Assembly (NCBI GenBank): GCA_964559845.1
Contig: CAZLJF010000002.1
Span: 1,544-65,543 of the forward strand
Reading direction: 5' to 3'
Source of the DNA: an uncultured Zetaproteobacteria bacterium
GTDB lineage: Bacteria; Pseudomonadota; Zetaproteobacteria; Mariprofundales; Mariprofundaceae
Length of the DNA: 64,000 nt
Made by a program: the position numbers and the translations under genes. The notes beneath the pieces are model-generated. The model worked only from the letters and a program-made list of their open reading frames with translations. It was not told the origin of the DNA and ran no database searches. Every line of letters begins with the position of its first letter. Positions within the stretch are counted from its first letter, which is position 1. Shown one piece after another: positions 30,041 through 38,420 of this stretch.

Positions 30041-30598
30041 TCAGGAATCAAACCTGATATGACGCAGAGCCGCAAACGGATGATCATCATCATGTTGCAC
30101 GCATCTGCATTCATGCCTGTTTAAATTTTCACCACACTGCTGGCAAAGCCCTTTGCACGATTCGCTGCAAACCACCATCGGCTTCCATGCCAGCCAAACC
30201 TCTTCACGCAACACATCCACCAGATCGATCAATCCGGGGGGCGCCAGATATTCGCATGTATCAAAATCATCCGACTCTTCCACCGGATCTCCAAGCTGGA
30301 AGTAACGATTGCATTCACCTTCCATCAACATTGGAAACTCAATATTGCAACGCATACACTGCCGCATCAGCTCAACACACCATCGCCCCTGCAAAGTAAA
30401 CAGGCCCGCCTGCAAGGCGATCTCCCCTTTCCACTCAACATCTCTGCAGAGACAGGCGGGAGCATCAATCATGCCGTGCCGGCTATCTTCAAAGAGGAGC
30501 CGTGGTATTTCAAGGGACCACTGCCTTCCACTTGATGGCAACTCCTGCAGTTTAAAACGTAATTGCTGCCGCACAAGCAAATCCTCCGCATCGGACAT
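30041..30598 (-). CDS. yceD: YceD/DUF177 family 23S rRNA accumulation protein
   Basis: 185 aa, directly upstream of rpmF as in the conserved yceD-rpmF-plsX arrangement. C-terminal Cys cluster and HPFAAL motif. Confidence 0.75.
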   Translation of the reverse strand: MSDAEDLLVRQQLRFKLQELPSSGRQWSLEIPRLLFEDSRHGMIDAPACLCRDVEWKGEIALQAGLFTLQGRWCVELMRQCMRCNIEFPMLMEGECNRYFQLGDPVEESDDFDTCEYLAPPGLIDLVDVLREEVWLAWKPMVVCSESCKGLCQQCGENLNRHECRCVQHDDDHPFAALRHIRFDS

Positions 30599-30691
30599 AT
30601 TATCACGCCAGCGAATGCAGGCGGCATTATGGTTATTGAGGCATATGGGTCAACGAAAACCTTGCTAGACCGTACCTTTACTGTACATACT

Positions 30692-30720
30692 TTGACAAAT
30701 GTAGCAATAATCGCTATTTA
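30692..30720 (+). promoter_or_regulatory. Candidate sigma70-type promoter upstream of the PilZ-like gene
   Basis: TTGACA (30692-97), a 17-nt spacer, then TATTTA (30715-20). Predicted by eye only. Confidence 0.35.
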
Positions 30721-30914
30721 ACTACATAATGGCAGTAACATTGATGACTTACGCAAAAACATCCATGCGCATGGATGGACGTGCAAATCGACAGCCTGTG
30801 ACGCAAGGAGTTGATTTACAAGGAAAAGTTAAAATCACACCTTTTGCTTCCATGGAACAAAAAGGCCATGGATGAACCTTTTAGGACTTCATCACTTCTA
30901 ATCGAAGAGGAAAC

Positions 30915-32537
30915 ATGACTCAGGGAACATCAACTGAAGACGCAAAGAAACTGTTGGAAACCGTCAGCTTTGAGCTGGATACGGATCTTCGCCTCCACCC
31001 GCAAAAACTGGAGCTCGGCAGAGCCGAGCTGCTTACCGATGCCCTGACCCTCCCCTTCATGGACATTGAAAAGCGCCTGAATCAGTACGTTACAGGCTCA
31101 TCGGGGGCTGAAAGGCAGTTCTTGCAGAAAAGCATGAAGGCCTACCTTGCCAAGCTCAATGCCAATCCTCTGATTCCGCTTCAGTTCAGGCTGAAAGTTC
31201 TTGGTCATTTTGAACGTGAACTGGAACTTTTTGATTCGGAAATGACCGCTGCCGTACTGAATGCACACAAAATCGGTGTTAACCTGGTGCAAAAAGCTGC
31301 GCGCAGCGAACCCTCCTACTATCGTGTACTGGTAGAGATGGTTTCCAATGCGCTGGAACTGGCAGTGAAAATGCTGCGCATCGGATTTGAGCAGTACCAG
31401 GCACCTGCAGTACTCACAAACCGCCAATCTTTTGACCTGATGCGCCTAGGCTTAAGCGTTGTTCCCACCCTGCCTGAAGATGCAGCCAAAGAGAGAGAAC
31501 GACTCTACAGGGTCATAAGCAGTCATGAATTTCTGCGCATGCTGGATTTCTTCGGCAAGTCGAAAGATGAACAGAAGATGAGCTGGAATGAACTGGAGTG
31601 CCATGTCGGAATACTTGAACCGAAACTGCTTCGTAAAGGCGAGGGTGCGCCCGAACTGAAAGATGAAACCATTATGGTTACCAACTTCATGCGCCCAAAT
31701 GAAACTGCAAGGATCGTCTCCGAACTGCCCGATAAATGTTTAACAGACATGATCATTATCCCACTGAACCGGTTTATCGAGCGTATGATCACTGCCATCA
31801 ACCGGGTTGAGACCGTTCTGAAAAGCCCGGAGTTGCAGAAAAATGACCTGCATACAGAAGAGGCGCTGCACAGAACCATCATTGGCGGCAATGCCATTCT
31901 TGATACACTCAGAAACAAAGACCGCGCTACTGTGCGTGAAGACTATGCAGGCACGCGCCTGATTATGGAGTGGGATGCCAGGAAGGCATTCAAGGAAGCG
32001 CATACTGCCGTTGTGCTGGATGAATATGAATATGCGCCGTCTGAGCGAGGCAATGTGGATGCCTGGTCAGTCACCAACATAAGCAGCCATGGCGTTGGCC
32101 TGGAGCGAATCAGTGATGCCAGTTTCGAACTGGGAGTCGGTGCGATTGTCGGCCTGAGCTGGATACCGCACAGGGGAGAACCCATGCTGGGAACCATACG
32201 CTGGATCAAGAAGCCGAAGCCCGGTGAACAACGCATGGGCATAAAGTTTTTCAACCAGAAACTCAAGCTATACAAAGGCGTGATGCTGGGAGGGAGCGCC
32301 GAGGATGCGCATCTATCCCGAAGCTGGCCAGTTCTGGTCAAACCAGGAAAACCCTATCACACAGCCATATTTCCTGACTGTAAAATCTTCAAAAACATGA
32401 CTTTCATGCTTTCGCATGAAGGCAAAGGCGCCCACTTTAAAGTCATTAAGGTTATGAAAACAGGCCCAAATTACGCTTTCTGCAAGGTCGGCCTGGCAGA
32501 GGAGCTTACCACAACGCATAATCTCGACTTCAGTTAG
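30915..32537 (+). CDS. Large PilZ-domain-like protein with uncharacterised helical N-terminal region
   Basis: 540 aa. In the C-terminal third, NISSHGVGL (the D/NxSxxG half of the PilZ motif) is followed by GTIRWIKK...MGIKF beta-barrel-like sequence. No canonical RxxxR is seen (RKAFK lies upstream). Confidence 0.5.
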   Translation: MTQGTSTEDAKKLLETVSFELDTDLRLHPQKLELGRAELLTDALTLPFMDIEKRLNQYVTGSSGAERQFLQKSMKAYLAKLNANPLIPLQFRLKVLGHFERELELFDSEMTAAVLNAHKIGVNLVQKAARSEPSYYRVLVEMVSNALELAVKMLRIGFEQYQAPAVLTNRQSFDLMRLGLSVVPTLPEDAAKERERLYRVISSHEFLRMLDFFGKSKDEQKMSWNELECHVGILEPKLLRKGEGAPELKDETIMVTNFMRPNETARIVSELPDKCLTDMIIIPLNRFIERMITAINRVETVLKSPELQKNDLHTEEALHRTIIGGNAILDTLRNKDRATVREDYAGTRLIMEWDARKAFKEAHTAVVLDEYEYAPSERGNVDAWSVTNISSHGVGLERISDASFELGVGAIVGLSWIPHRGEPMLGTIRWIKKPKPGEQRMGIKFFNQKLKLYKGVMLGGSAEDAHLSRSWPVLVKPGKPYHTAIFPDCKIFKNMTFMLSHEGKGAHFKVIKVMKTGPNYAFCKVGLAEELTTTHNLDFS

Positions 32538-33102
32538 GCCTGTTAACAAACACCCTCCTGCGGTAATATTTCAGTTCCCTGATCGATTCATGAATATCTG
32601 CCAGGGCCAGATGCTCCCCCTGCTTGGCCGGTGCAGGCAAACCCGGATACCAGCGCCTTACCAGTTCCTTGATGCTGCTGACATCAATATTTCGGTAGTG
32701 CAGATACCCCTCAAGTTCGGGCATATAACGGACAAGAAAACGGCGGTCCTGATGAATGGAATTTCCACACAGGGGAGATGCCCGTTCCGGCACATACTGC
32801 CTGATAAAAGCCAGTGTCTGTTTTTCAGCCTCGGCAAGTGAAACCGGCGACTTGCGTACCCGTTCAGTCAGCCCCGAATCACCATGATGCTGTTTACACC
32901 ACTCATTCATCGCCTCCAGAACACTGTCCGGCTGATGAATCGCCAGGTTCGGGCCTTCAGCAACGGTATTTAACTGCTCATCCGTAATAATGGTCGCAAT
33001 TTCAAGAATTACATCCACTTCAGGATCAAGCCCTGTCATCTCAAGATCCATCCAGACCAGATGTTTTCTGTTTGGTATCGTTGCAGTTGTCATGAGCGGC
33101 AA
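32530..33102 (-). CDS. orn: Oligoribonuclease
   Basis: [14 protein letters not shown] (DEDDh ExoI), [11 protein letters not shown] and the [16 protein letters not shown]-terminus. Confidence 0.92.
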   Translation of the reverse strand: MPLMTTATIPNRKHLVWMDLEMTGLDPEVDVILEIATIITDEQLNTVAEGPNLAIHQPDSVLEAMNEWCKQHHGDSGLTERVRKSPVSLAEAEKQTLAFIRQYVPERASPLCGNSIHQDRRFLVRYMPELEGYLHYRNIDVSSIKELVRRWYPGLPAPAKQGEHLALADIHESIRELKYYRRRVFVNRPN

Positions 33103-34274
33103 CCTAACACATGCATACCCATCTGATGAGCCATAACAGCAAGTGATTCATTCCCGTTCTGCATTTTCATGCAAATCTGATCCCAGGCTCTGCGAACAGG
33201 ATAGTGACGCCGGAAACTGGCAAAGGCCCTTGCAAGTCCACAATCTGAAAGAGCGCTCCAGCGACGCATTTCAGCATCATCTCTCATGATCGGATAAAGT
33301 GTTGTAGCCATAGCATGCAGATCACTCCACAGGTCACCACTACATCCGATCTCATACAGATCTTCAACAGCAGGCAACTCGCATGCCATACGCCATGCCG
33401 GCTCAGTCTCCAGATATCTGCAAAGTGCATTATAGATATACTGCGTATTGGCGGCTTTTCCGTCCAGTGAGTGGCCTGCAATATGTGGCGTTGCAATCAC
33501 CATCTGCGGATGGGCCAATAGCCGTCTGGAGATATTCGGCTCTCCCTCCCAGCAATCCAGCACGGCAAAACGATCACTGCTGCAATCCAGCCAGTCTGCC
33601 AAAGCCTCGTTGTCAACACAGACTCCACGCGCAGCATTGATGATGCCTTTGCCCCGAAAGGCCGCGAGAAATTCAGCATCAACCAGATGTGCGGTTTTAT
33701 CCTCACCGTCGTGGATCAGGGGTGTATGCAGCGTGACCAAATCCGCCTCTTCCAGCAACTGATCAACAGAAGAGAAACCAACATCAGTCTCCAGCCGCTC
33801 TCTGGGCGGATCATTCAGCAACAGATTCATACCCATCGCGGCACAAACCTTTGCAAGGGTACTGCCAATACGCCCCACGCCGACAATGCCAAGCGTAGTG
33901 GCCGGTATCGAAATCAGCCTGCGCATATGCAGTTCGAGCAGGGCTGTAATCATATATTCAATTACCGAACCGGTGGAACTGCCTGCAGCAGTAGCCCATG
34001 TTATGCCATTGGCCAAAAGCCATGCTTTGTCGTAATGATCATCACCAATTGTGGCTGTAGCTGCAAAACGGACCGGTGTGCCCTCCAGCAGTGCCGCATC
34101 CACTCTGGTGGATGAGCGAGTTAACAGTATCTCTGCATCTTTCAGTGCTTCGTGGGTGATCTCCCTGTTTTCGAGCACACAGAGGTCAACATCAAACCCG
34201 GGGATAGAGGAGAATGCTGATGCCACACCCCAGATGTGAGCATCGGCAACAATGTGCAGTTCCCTTTTTTTCAA
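33090..34274 (-). CDS. pdxB: Erythronate-4-phosphate dehydrogenase
   Basis: D-2-hydroxyacid dehydrogenase core ([17 protein letters not shown]) plus a PdxB-type C-terminal dimerisation extension. 394 aa. Confidence 0.75.
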   Translation of the reverse strand: MKKRELHIVADAHIWGVASAFSSIPGFDVDLCVLENREITHEALKDAEILLTRSSTRVDAALLEGTPVRFAATATIGDDHYDKAWLLANGITWATAAGSSTGSVIEYMITALLELHMRRLISIPATTLGIVGVGRIGSTLAKVCAAMGMNLLLNDPPRERLETDVGFSSVDQLLEEADLVTLHTPLIHDGEDKTAHLVDAEFLAAFRGKGIINAARGVCVDNEALADWLDCSSDRFAVLDCWEGEPNISRRLLAHPQMVIATPHIAGHSLDGKAANTQYIYNALCRYLETEPAWRMACELPAVEDLYEIGCSGDLWSDLHAMATTLYPIMRDDAEMRRWSALSDCGLARAFASFRRHYPVRRAWDQICMKMQNGNESLAVMAHQMGMHVLGCRS

Positions 34275-34762
34275 GCTGACGATTTTTGGATTTTCCTGAT
34301 AAGATTTGTTGATGAGTGTCCCACCAGAAACGGAACAACAACCACCTCGCCGCCCGCCTCCCGCACCTCTTTCGCCCCTACAATATCCTCCGGCCTGTAG
34401 TCTCCGCCCTTGACCAGCACATCGGGCAGAAGTGCCCTGATCAGGTTAATCGGCGTCTCTTCAGAAAAGGGAACCACCAGATCAACAGACCTGAGACCTG
34501 CGAGCATATGAGCCCGGTCAGCAAGCCTGTTTACCGGGCGAGGCGGACCCTTCAACTGTCTGATCGAATCATCACTGTTCAGGCCGACAATCAGAATATC
34601 GCCCAGACTCCTGGCATCTTCCAGATAGGTCACATGGCCAGGATGAAGAAGATCGAAACAGCCATTGGTAAAGACCACTCGCTTATTTCCCTCACGCCAC
34701 TGTTCCCGCCGTCTGACTGCCTCGGACAACTCAACGAAGCGGCTCTTCAGTCTGGCCATCAC
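34271..34762 (-). CDS. hldC: D-glycero-beta-D-manno-heptose 1-phosphate adenylyltransferase (RfaE domain II type)
   Basis: Cytidylyltransferase motif TNGCFDLLHPGHVTYL and VKGGDY. 163 aa, monofunctional. Confidence 0.8.
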   Translation of the reverse strand: MMARLKSRFVELSEAVRRREQWREGNKRVVFTNGCFDLLHPGHVTYLEDARSLGDILIVGLNSDDSIRQLKGPPRPVNRLADRAHMLAGLRSVDLVVPFSEETPINLIRALLPDVLVKGGDYRPEDIVGAKEVREAGGEVVVVPFLVGHSSTNLIRKIQKSSA

Positions 34763-35364
34763 CTTGAAGGGCTTACCCGAAGCAGATCAACAATTGCAGT
34801 GACTCCATCTATGTTCCGCGCAATATCCTTGGCCCGGTAACGCTGCTCACTTTCGTTGACCACCCCCTGCAGATAGACCTTTCCGTCAACCGTCTCGACA
34901 TGAATGGAGAATCCGGATACCACCTTATCGTTAAGAAAGGCTGTTTTGATCTTTGTTGTGATCCAGCTATCACTGAAAAGATTCCCGGTTGACGGCTCGC
35001 CAATGTTCAAATGGCTTTTGACATCACGGACTCCCTCAGTATTCCGGCATATATAAACCGCCCGGTCAATATGCTCCTGGCTCGGCAGATAACCGGTCAG
35101 CCAGACAACATTTTCAATCACTTCAACACTAACCCAGCGCGAGGGCATATCTTTTTCAGCAATAAGCCGGGCATCGATTTTCGATGCAATGGCCACATCA
35201 TCAACATGCTGCCCCAGCGATCGTTCATCATGGATCACGCTGCCGACGGCAACACCTCCACCGACAATTGCCGTTGCCACACATGAAGAGAGGGCAGAAG
35301 AGCAGAGAATTAACAAACAAAACCGAAATAACACAGTAACAACTCCTGTAACTAACGTGCGCAT
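34759..35364 (-). CDS. dolP: BON-domain lipoprotein (DolP/YraP-like)
   Basis: Lipobox LSSC and two BON domains (VEVIENVVWLTGYLPS, VETVDGKVYLQGVV). Sits in a yraN/diaA/dolP-type neighbourhood. Start could instead be 35418. Confidence 0.65.
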   Translation of the reverse strand: MRTLVTGVVTVLFRFCLLILCSSALSSCVATAIVGGGVAVGSVIHDERSLGQHVDDVAIASKIDARLIAEKDMPSRWVSVEVIENVVWLTGYLPSQEHIDRAVYICRNTEGVRDVKSHLNIGEPSTGNLFSDSWITTKIKTAFLNDKVVSGFSIHVETVDGKVYLQGVVNESEQRYRAKDIARNIDGVTAIVDLLRVSPSR

Positions 35365-35433
35365 TTTTCTATCCCGTGATACGATATCTGTCATTACATG
35401 GAAAAAGCCCATATGCATTGTTTCTGTTTCATA

Positions 35434-35580
35434 TTAACGGGCAGTTCCGCTTAACAGATATGCGAAGGTCAGGCAGAGCAGTGCAAGCAGCAGATAGAGT
35501 GCCAGAGGCGACTTCTGTTGCCGCTTGTTCCAGGGGTTTTTGTTTACAGGTGCTCTGTTTTCAAGATTCTCATCCATCAT
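35434..35580 (-). CDS. Possible 48-aa single-pass membrane micro-protein
   Basis: Manual translation gives MMDENLENRAPVNKNPWNKRQQKSPLALYLLLALLCLTFAYLLSGTAR. It fills the 192-nt gap between the DS-like gene and dolP and is below the ORF-track cutoff. Confidence 0.3.
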   Translation of the reverse strand: MMDENLENRAPVNKNPWNKRQQKSPLALYLLLALLCLTFAYLLSGTAR

Positions 35581-35610
35581 TTATACCACACGGAAGAACA
35601 GCAGATCGCA

Positions 35611-36564
35611 TCATTCAACCTCATCACCCAACGCGTCAAGCACGGCACCGAATAATAGCGGCACCATAATTTCATCCGGCCCGGAAAGCCAGCAGCCTGC
35701 GCCTCCCGGTTGGGAGAGACGTCCTACCACATCAGCTACGGAAGAAGAGGAGGCAGAAGGGTCAATCACAGCCGTTGTAAGCCGCTCTACCTTCTTGCCC
35801 AAATTCCTTGCTGCATCAACAGCCTGCAGAAACAGACGCGGCATCACCACGCTGGAAGCAATATTAAGAATCACGCCGCCACTGGCCTCCGCCATCATCC
35901 CGGCAAGCAGTCTGAAATCATACATGGCAGCCGCACCCAGAGACTCGCCGTGCGCCTGTGGATGCAGTGTAAAGGTATCGGCACCAATAGCCGGATGAAC
36001 GGTAACAGGGATGCCGTAGCGGCATGCCGTGGCAACAACAGAGTGCTCAAGGTGCTCCAGCTCGGTATCCAGCAGCTTCTTTCCGACGCTTTTGCCAAAG
36101 CCCCAATTCTCAATGGCTCCGAGATTCACAGCATCATTGATAAGGCGCCCTGTCTCTTCCGTCATGCAAAAGCGGCCATCTCTCAGATCCTGGTCCCGGT
36201 AACGCAGCGTCTGGCCTGTCATGGCAATCTCAACATCCTGAAGAAGTGCTTCTCCGGTAAGCGCTACGCCTGAAACAAGCCGCTGTTCAATCAGCTTGGC
36301 CAGCAGCGGACTCAGACCTGAATCCATCACATGCCCGCCACAACCCACAATCACTTTGCGGCCACGCCGATGGGCCGAAACAATCGCATCTCTTAACAGG
36401 AAAAGATCCGCACCCGCACCGAGATTGGGCAGACTGCAGAGAAAGTCCGCCAGTCGCCCCCCTGCCCTGTATGGCGCTCCGAAATCATGCTCGTCGGAAT
36501 CCACCTTGCGCTCCGAAATCGGAACGGTTCGCAATGAACTGAAAGGGAGCGGACGGGTAGTCAC
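35611..36564 (-). CDS. Conserved hypothetical protein, possibly deoxyhypusine-synthase-like fold
   Basis: 317-aa ORF with a 4-nt overlap onto the upstream SIS gene. The segment VIVGCGGHVMDSGLSPLLAKLIEQRLVSGVALTGEALLQDVE resembles the DS-family pattern (..SGL....L.....VD.LVTTAGG.EEDL). The functional call is weak; coding status is strong. Confidence 0.4.
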   Translation of the reverse strand: MTTRPLPFSSLRTVPISERKVDSDEHDFGAPYRAGGRLADFLCSLPNLGAGADLFLLRDAIVSAHRRGRKVIVGCGGHVMDSGLSPLLAKLIEQRLVSGVALTGEALLQDVEIAMTGQTLRYRDQDLRDGRFCMTEETGRLINDAVNLGAIENWGFGKSVGKKLLDTELEHLEHSVVATACRYGIPVTVHPAIGADTFTLHPQAHGESLGAAAMYDFRLLAGMMAEASGGVILNIASSVVMPRLFLQAVDAARNLGKKVERLTTAVIDPSASSSSVADVVGRLSQPGGAGCWLSGPDEIMVPLLFGAVLDALGDEVE

Positions 36565-37145
36565 GATTGACCTCCAAACATCATTTCATCAATCAGTGAA
36601 CAGAGAATATGCAGGCAGGTGATATGCATCTCCTGCACCCGGGGGGTCGAGGTATGCGCAATATTCAGGTGCACACCTGCATGGCCACGCCTCCCCAACA
36701 CTCCCCCATCACCCCCTGTCAGTGCAATTGTCTCCATGCCTATCGCCCTTGCAGCATCAACCGCTGCCACGACATTGGCAGAGTTTCCACTGGTCGAGAT
36801 GGCCAGCAATATGTCTCCAGGCCTTCCCAAGGCTTCAACCTGACGGGAAAAGATATCATCGAAAGAAAAGTCATTGGCAATGCTGGTGATGACGGAGGCA
36901 TCATGGGTCATCGCGATGGCCGCCAGACCAGGGCGGTTCATTTCAAAACGGTTCACCAGTTCACCGGCAAAATGCTGTGCATCGGCTGCCGATCCGCCAT
37001 TTCCACAGACCAGAATCTTGCCTCCATGGTTGAGACAATCGACCATCTTTTCAGCGGCACTTAACAGTGGCTTATCCAGTGATTGCAGGCATGCCTGGCG
37101 GAGAACGATTCCGGCCTCCATTGCCTCTCTGATGATCTCTTTCAT
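36561..37145 (-). CDS. SIS-domain phosphoheptose isomerase family protein (GmhA/DiaA)
   Basis: ILVCGNGGSAADAQHFAGELVNRFEMNRPGLAAIA, ISTSGNS and RVQEMHI. It resembles both E. coli GmhA and DiaA. The context (yraN, dolP) suggests DiaA; the nearby hldC suggests GmhA. Confidence 0.8.
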   Translation of the reverse strand: MKEIIREAMEAGIVLRQACLQSLDKPLLSAAEKMVDCLNHGGKILVCGNGGSAADAQHFAGELVNRFEMNRPGLAAIAMTHDASVITSIANDFSFDDIFSRQVEALGRPGDILLAISTSGNSANVVAAVDAARAIGMETIALTGGDGGVLGRRGHAGVHLNIAHTSTPRVQEMHITCLHILCSLIDEMMFGGQS

Positions 37146-37169
37146 ATCGTATGCCCTTACCTGAAAACG

Positions 37170-37526
37170 CTACCTGAACACATCGATCAAATGTTCAATG
37201 TTCGGAAATGGATTAAAACCACTTCCCGGCGTCAGGATGATTAAATCGAAGCGGCATTGCAATGCCGCAAATCGGGGATGCCTGCCAAGGTAGGCCGTTG
37301 CTGCCGATCGCAGGCGTTCACATTTGTCGGCATGTAGTGCCAAAAGACCATCTTCACGTGCCTGATAAGACTTTACTTCAACAAATGCCACTATTTCATC
37401 TTTCTGCGCCACGATATCCAGTTCGCCCCGGCCTGCGCGAACATTACGATCGACAATCAAATAGCCATGTCGCCTCAGGTAACGGGCAGCCCGCTCTTCG
37501 CCAACCCTCCCCTTCTCCGTACTCAT
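37170..37526 (-). CDS. yraN: YraN family endonuclease-like protein (UPF0102)
   Basis: 118 aa. GEERAARYLRRHGYLIVDRNVRAGRGELDIVA...VAFVEVK (PD-(D/E)xK-like). Confidence 0.8.
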   Translation of the reverse strand: MSTEKGRVGEERAARYLRRHGYLIVDRNVRAGRGELDIVAQKDEIVAFVEVKSYQAREDGLLALHADKCERLRSAATAYLGRHPRFAALQCRFDLIILTPGSGFNPFPNIEHLIDVFR

Positions 37527-38383
37527 CCGGCTTCATGCTCCAGCAGCAGCGCATAGACACGGGCTTTTGCCACCCCGCACTGTTTTGCCACGGCTCCGGC
37601 ACGCCGGGAGGGGGGCATGGCCCGCATCTCCTCGCAGTTCAAAGCCGCAATCAGATCATCATCCGTTATTTCGGCCTTACCGGTGGCCGGAGCGATTAAC
37701 AACACAATTTCACCGCGCGGATCATCTTCCCTGAAATGCTCCAGCACCTTCTCCAGTGATCCGCAGACAAAATTCTCATGCAGTTTGGTCATCTCCCGGG
37801 CAACACACACTTCACGCCCGGCCAGACCGGCAGCATGCAGTGCCGCAAGTGTTTTAACCAGGCGGCGCGGCGACTCAAGCAGCACATAGGTATGACTGGC
37901 CTTCGCAAGCGTTGAGATAAGCTCTCTCCTGCTCCTGCCGCTGCGCGGAAAAAAACCGGCATAGGTAAACTGGTCGGTTGGCAGACCGGATGCACAAAGC
38001 GCCGTAACAGGGCTGGAGACCCCGGGTATGGGAGAGACCCTGAAACCTGCGTCGCGAACCTTTTTCACCAGGCGGTATCCCGGATCATTAATCAGCGGTG
38101 TTCCCGCATCACTGATCAGAGCCACATTTTTGCCGCACTCCAGATGGCGGATGATTTTTAAGGCGGCCTTCCCCTCATTATGTTCATGACAGGTCATCAT
38201 CGGTGTGGTAATTCCCAGATGCGCAAGCAGACGACCACTGACACGCGTATCTTCCACAGCAATCACATCAGCCTCGCGGAGGGTTTCCGCGGCACGATAG
38301 GTGATATCGCCGAGGTTGCCGATCGGGGTGGCAACAATGAATAGTTGGCCTTCCGGGCTCAGATGTTTATCTTGCGATTCCAT
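37523..38383 (-). CDS. rsmI: 16S rRNA (cytidine1402-2'-O)-methyltransferase
   Basis: LFIVATPIGNLGDITYRA, EDTR and the tetrapyrrole-methylase fold. Divergent from lpoA, as in E. coli. Confidence 0.88.
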   Translation of the reverse strand: MESQDKHLSPEGQLFIVATPIGNLGDITYRAAETLREADVIAVEDTRVSGRLLAHLGITTPMMTCHEHNEGKAALKIIRHLECGKNVALISDAGTPLINDPGYRLVKKVRDAGFRVSPIPGVSSPVTALCASGLPTDQFTYAGFFPRSGRSRRELISTLAKASHTYVLLESPRRLVKTLAALHAAGLAGREVCVAREMTKLHENFVCGSLEKVLEHFREDDPRGEIVLLIAPATGKAEITDDDLIAALNCEEMRAMPPSRRAGAVAKQCGVAKARVYALLLEHEAG

Positions 38384-38420
38384 GTGCTCTCTACTTTATC
38401 TGCGGAGTCAATCTGCCGCA

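Noticed and set aside
38301-38420. Extended N-terminus of the lpoA ORF overlapping rsmI by 83 nt.
   Set aside because: The internal ATG at 38421 is followed immediately by a signal peptide and lipobox (LLLGAC), and using it removes the overlap with the divergent rsmI.
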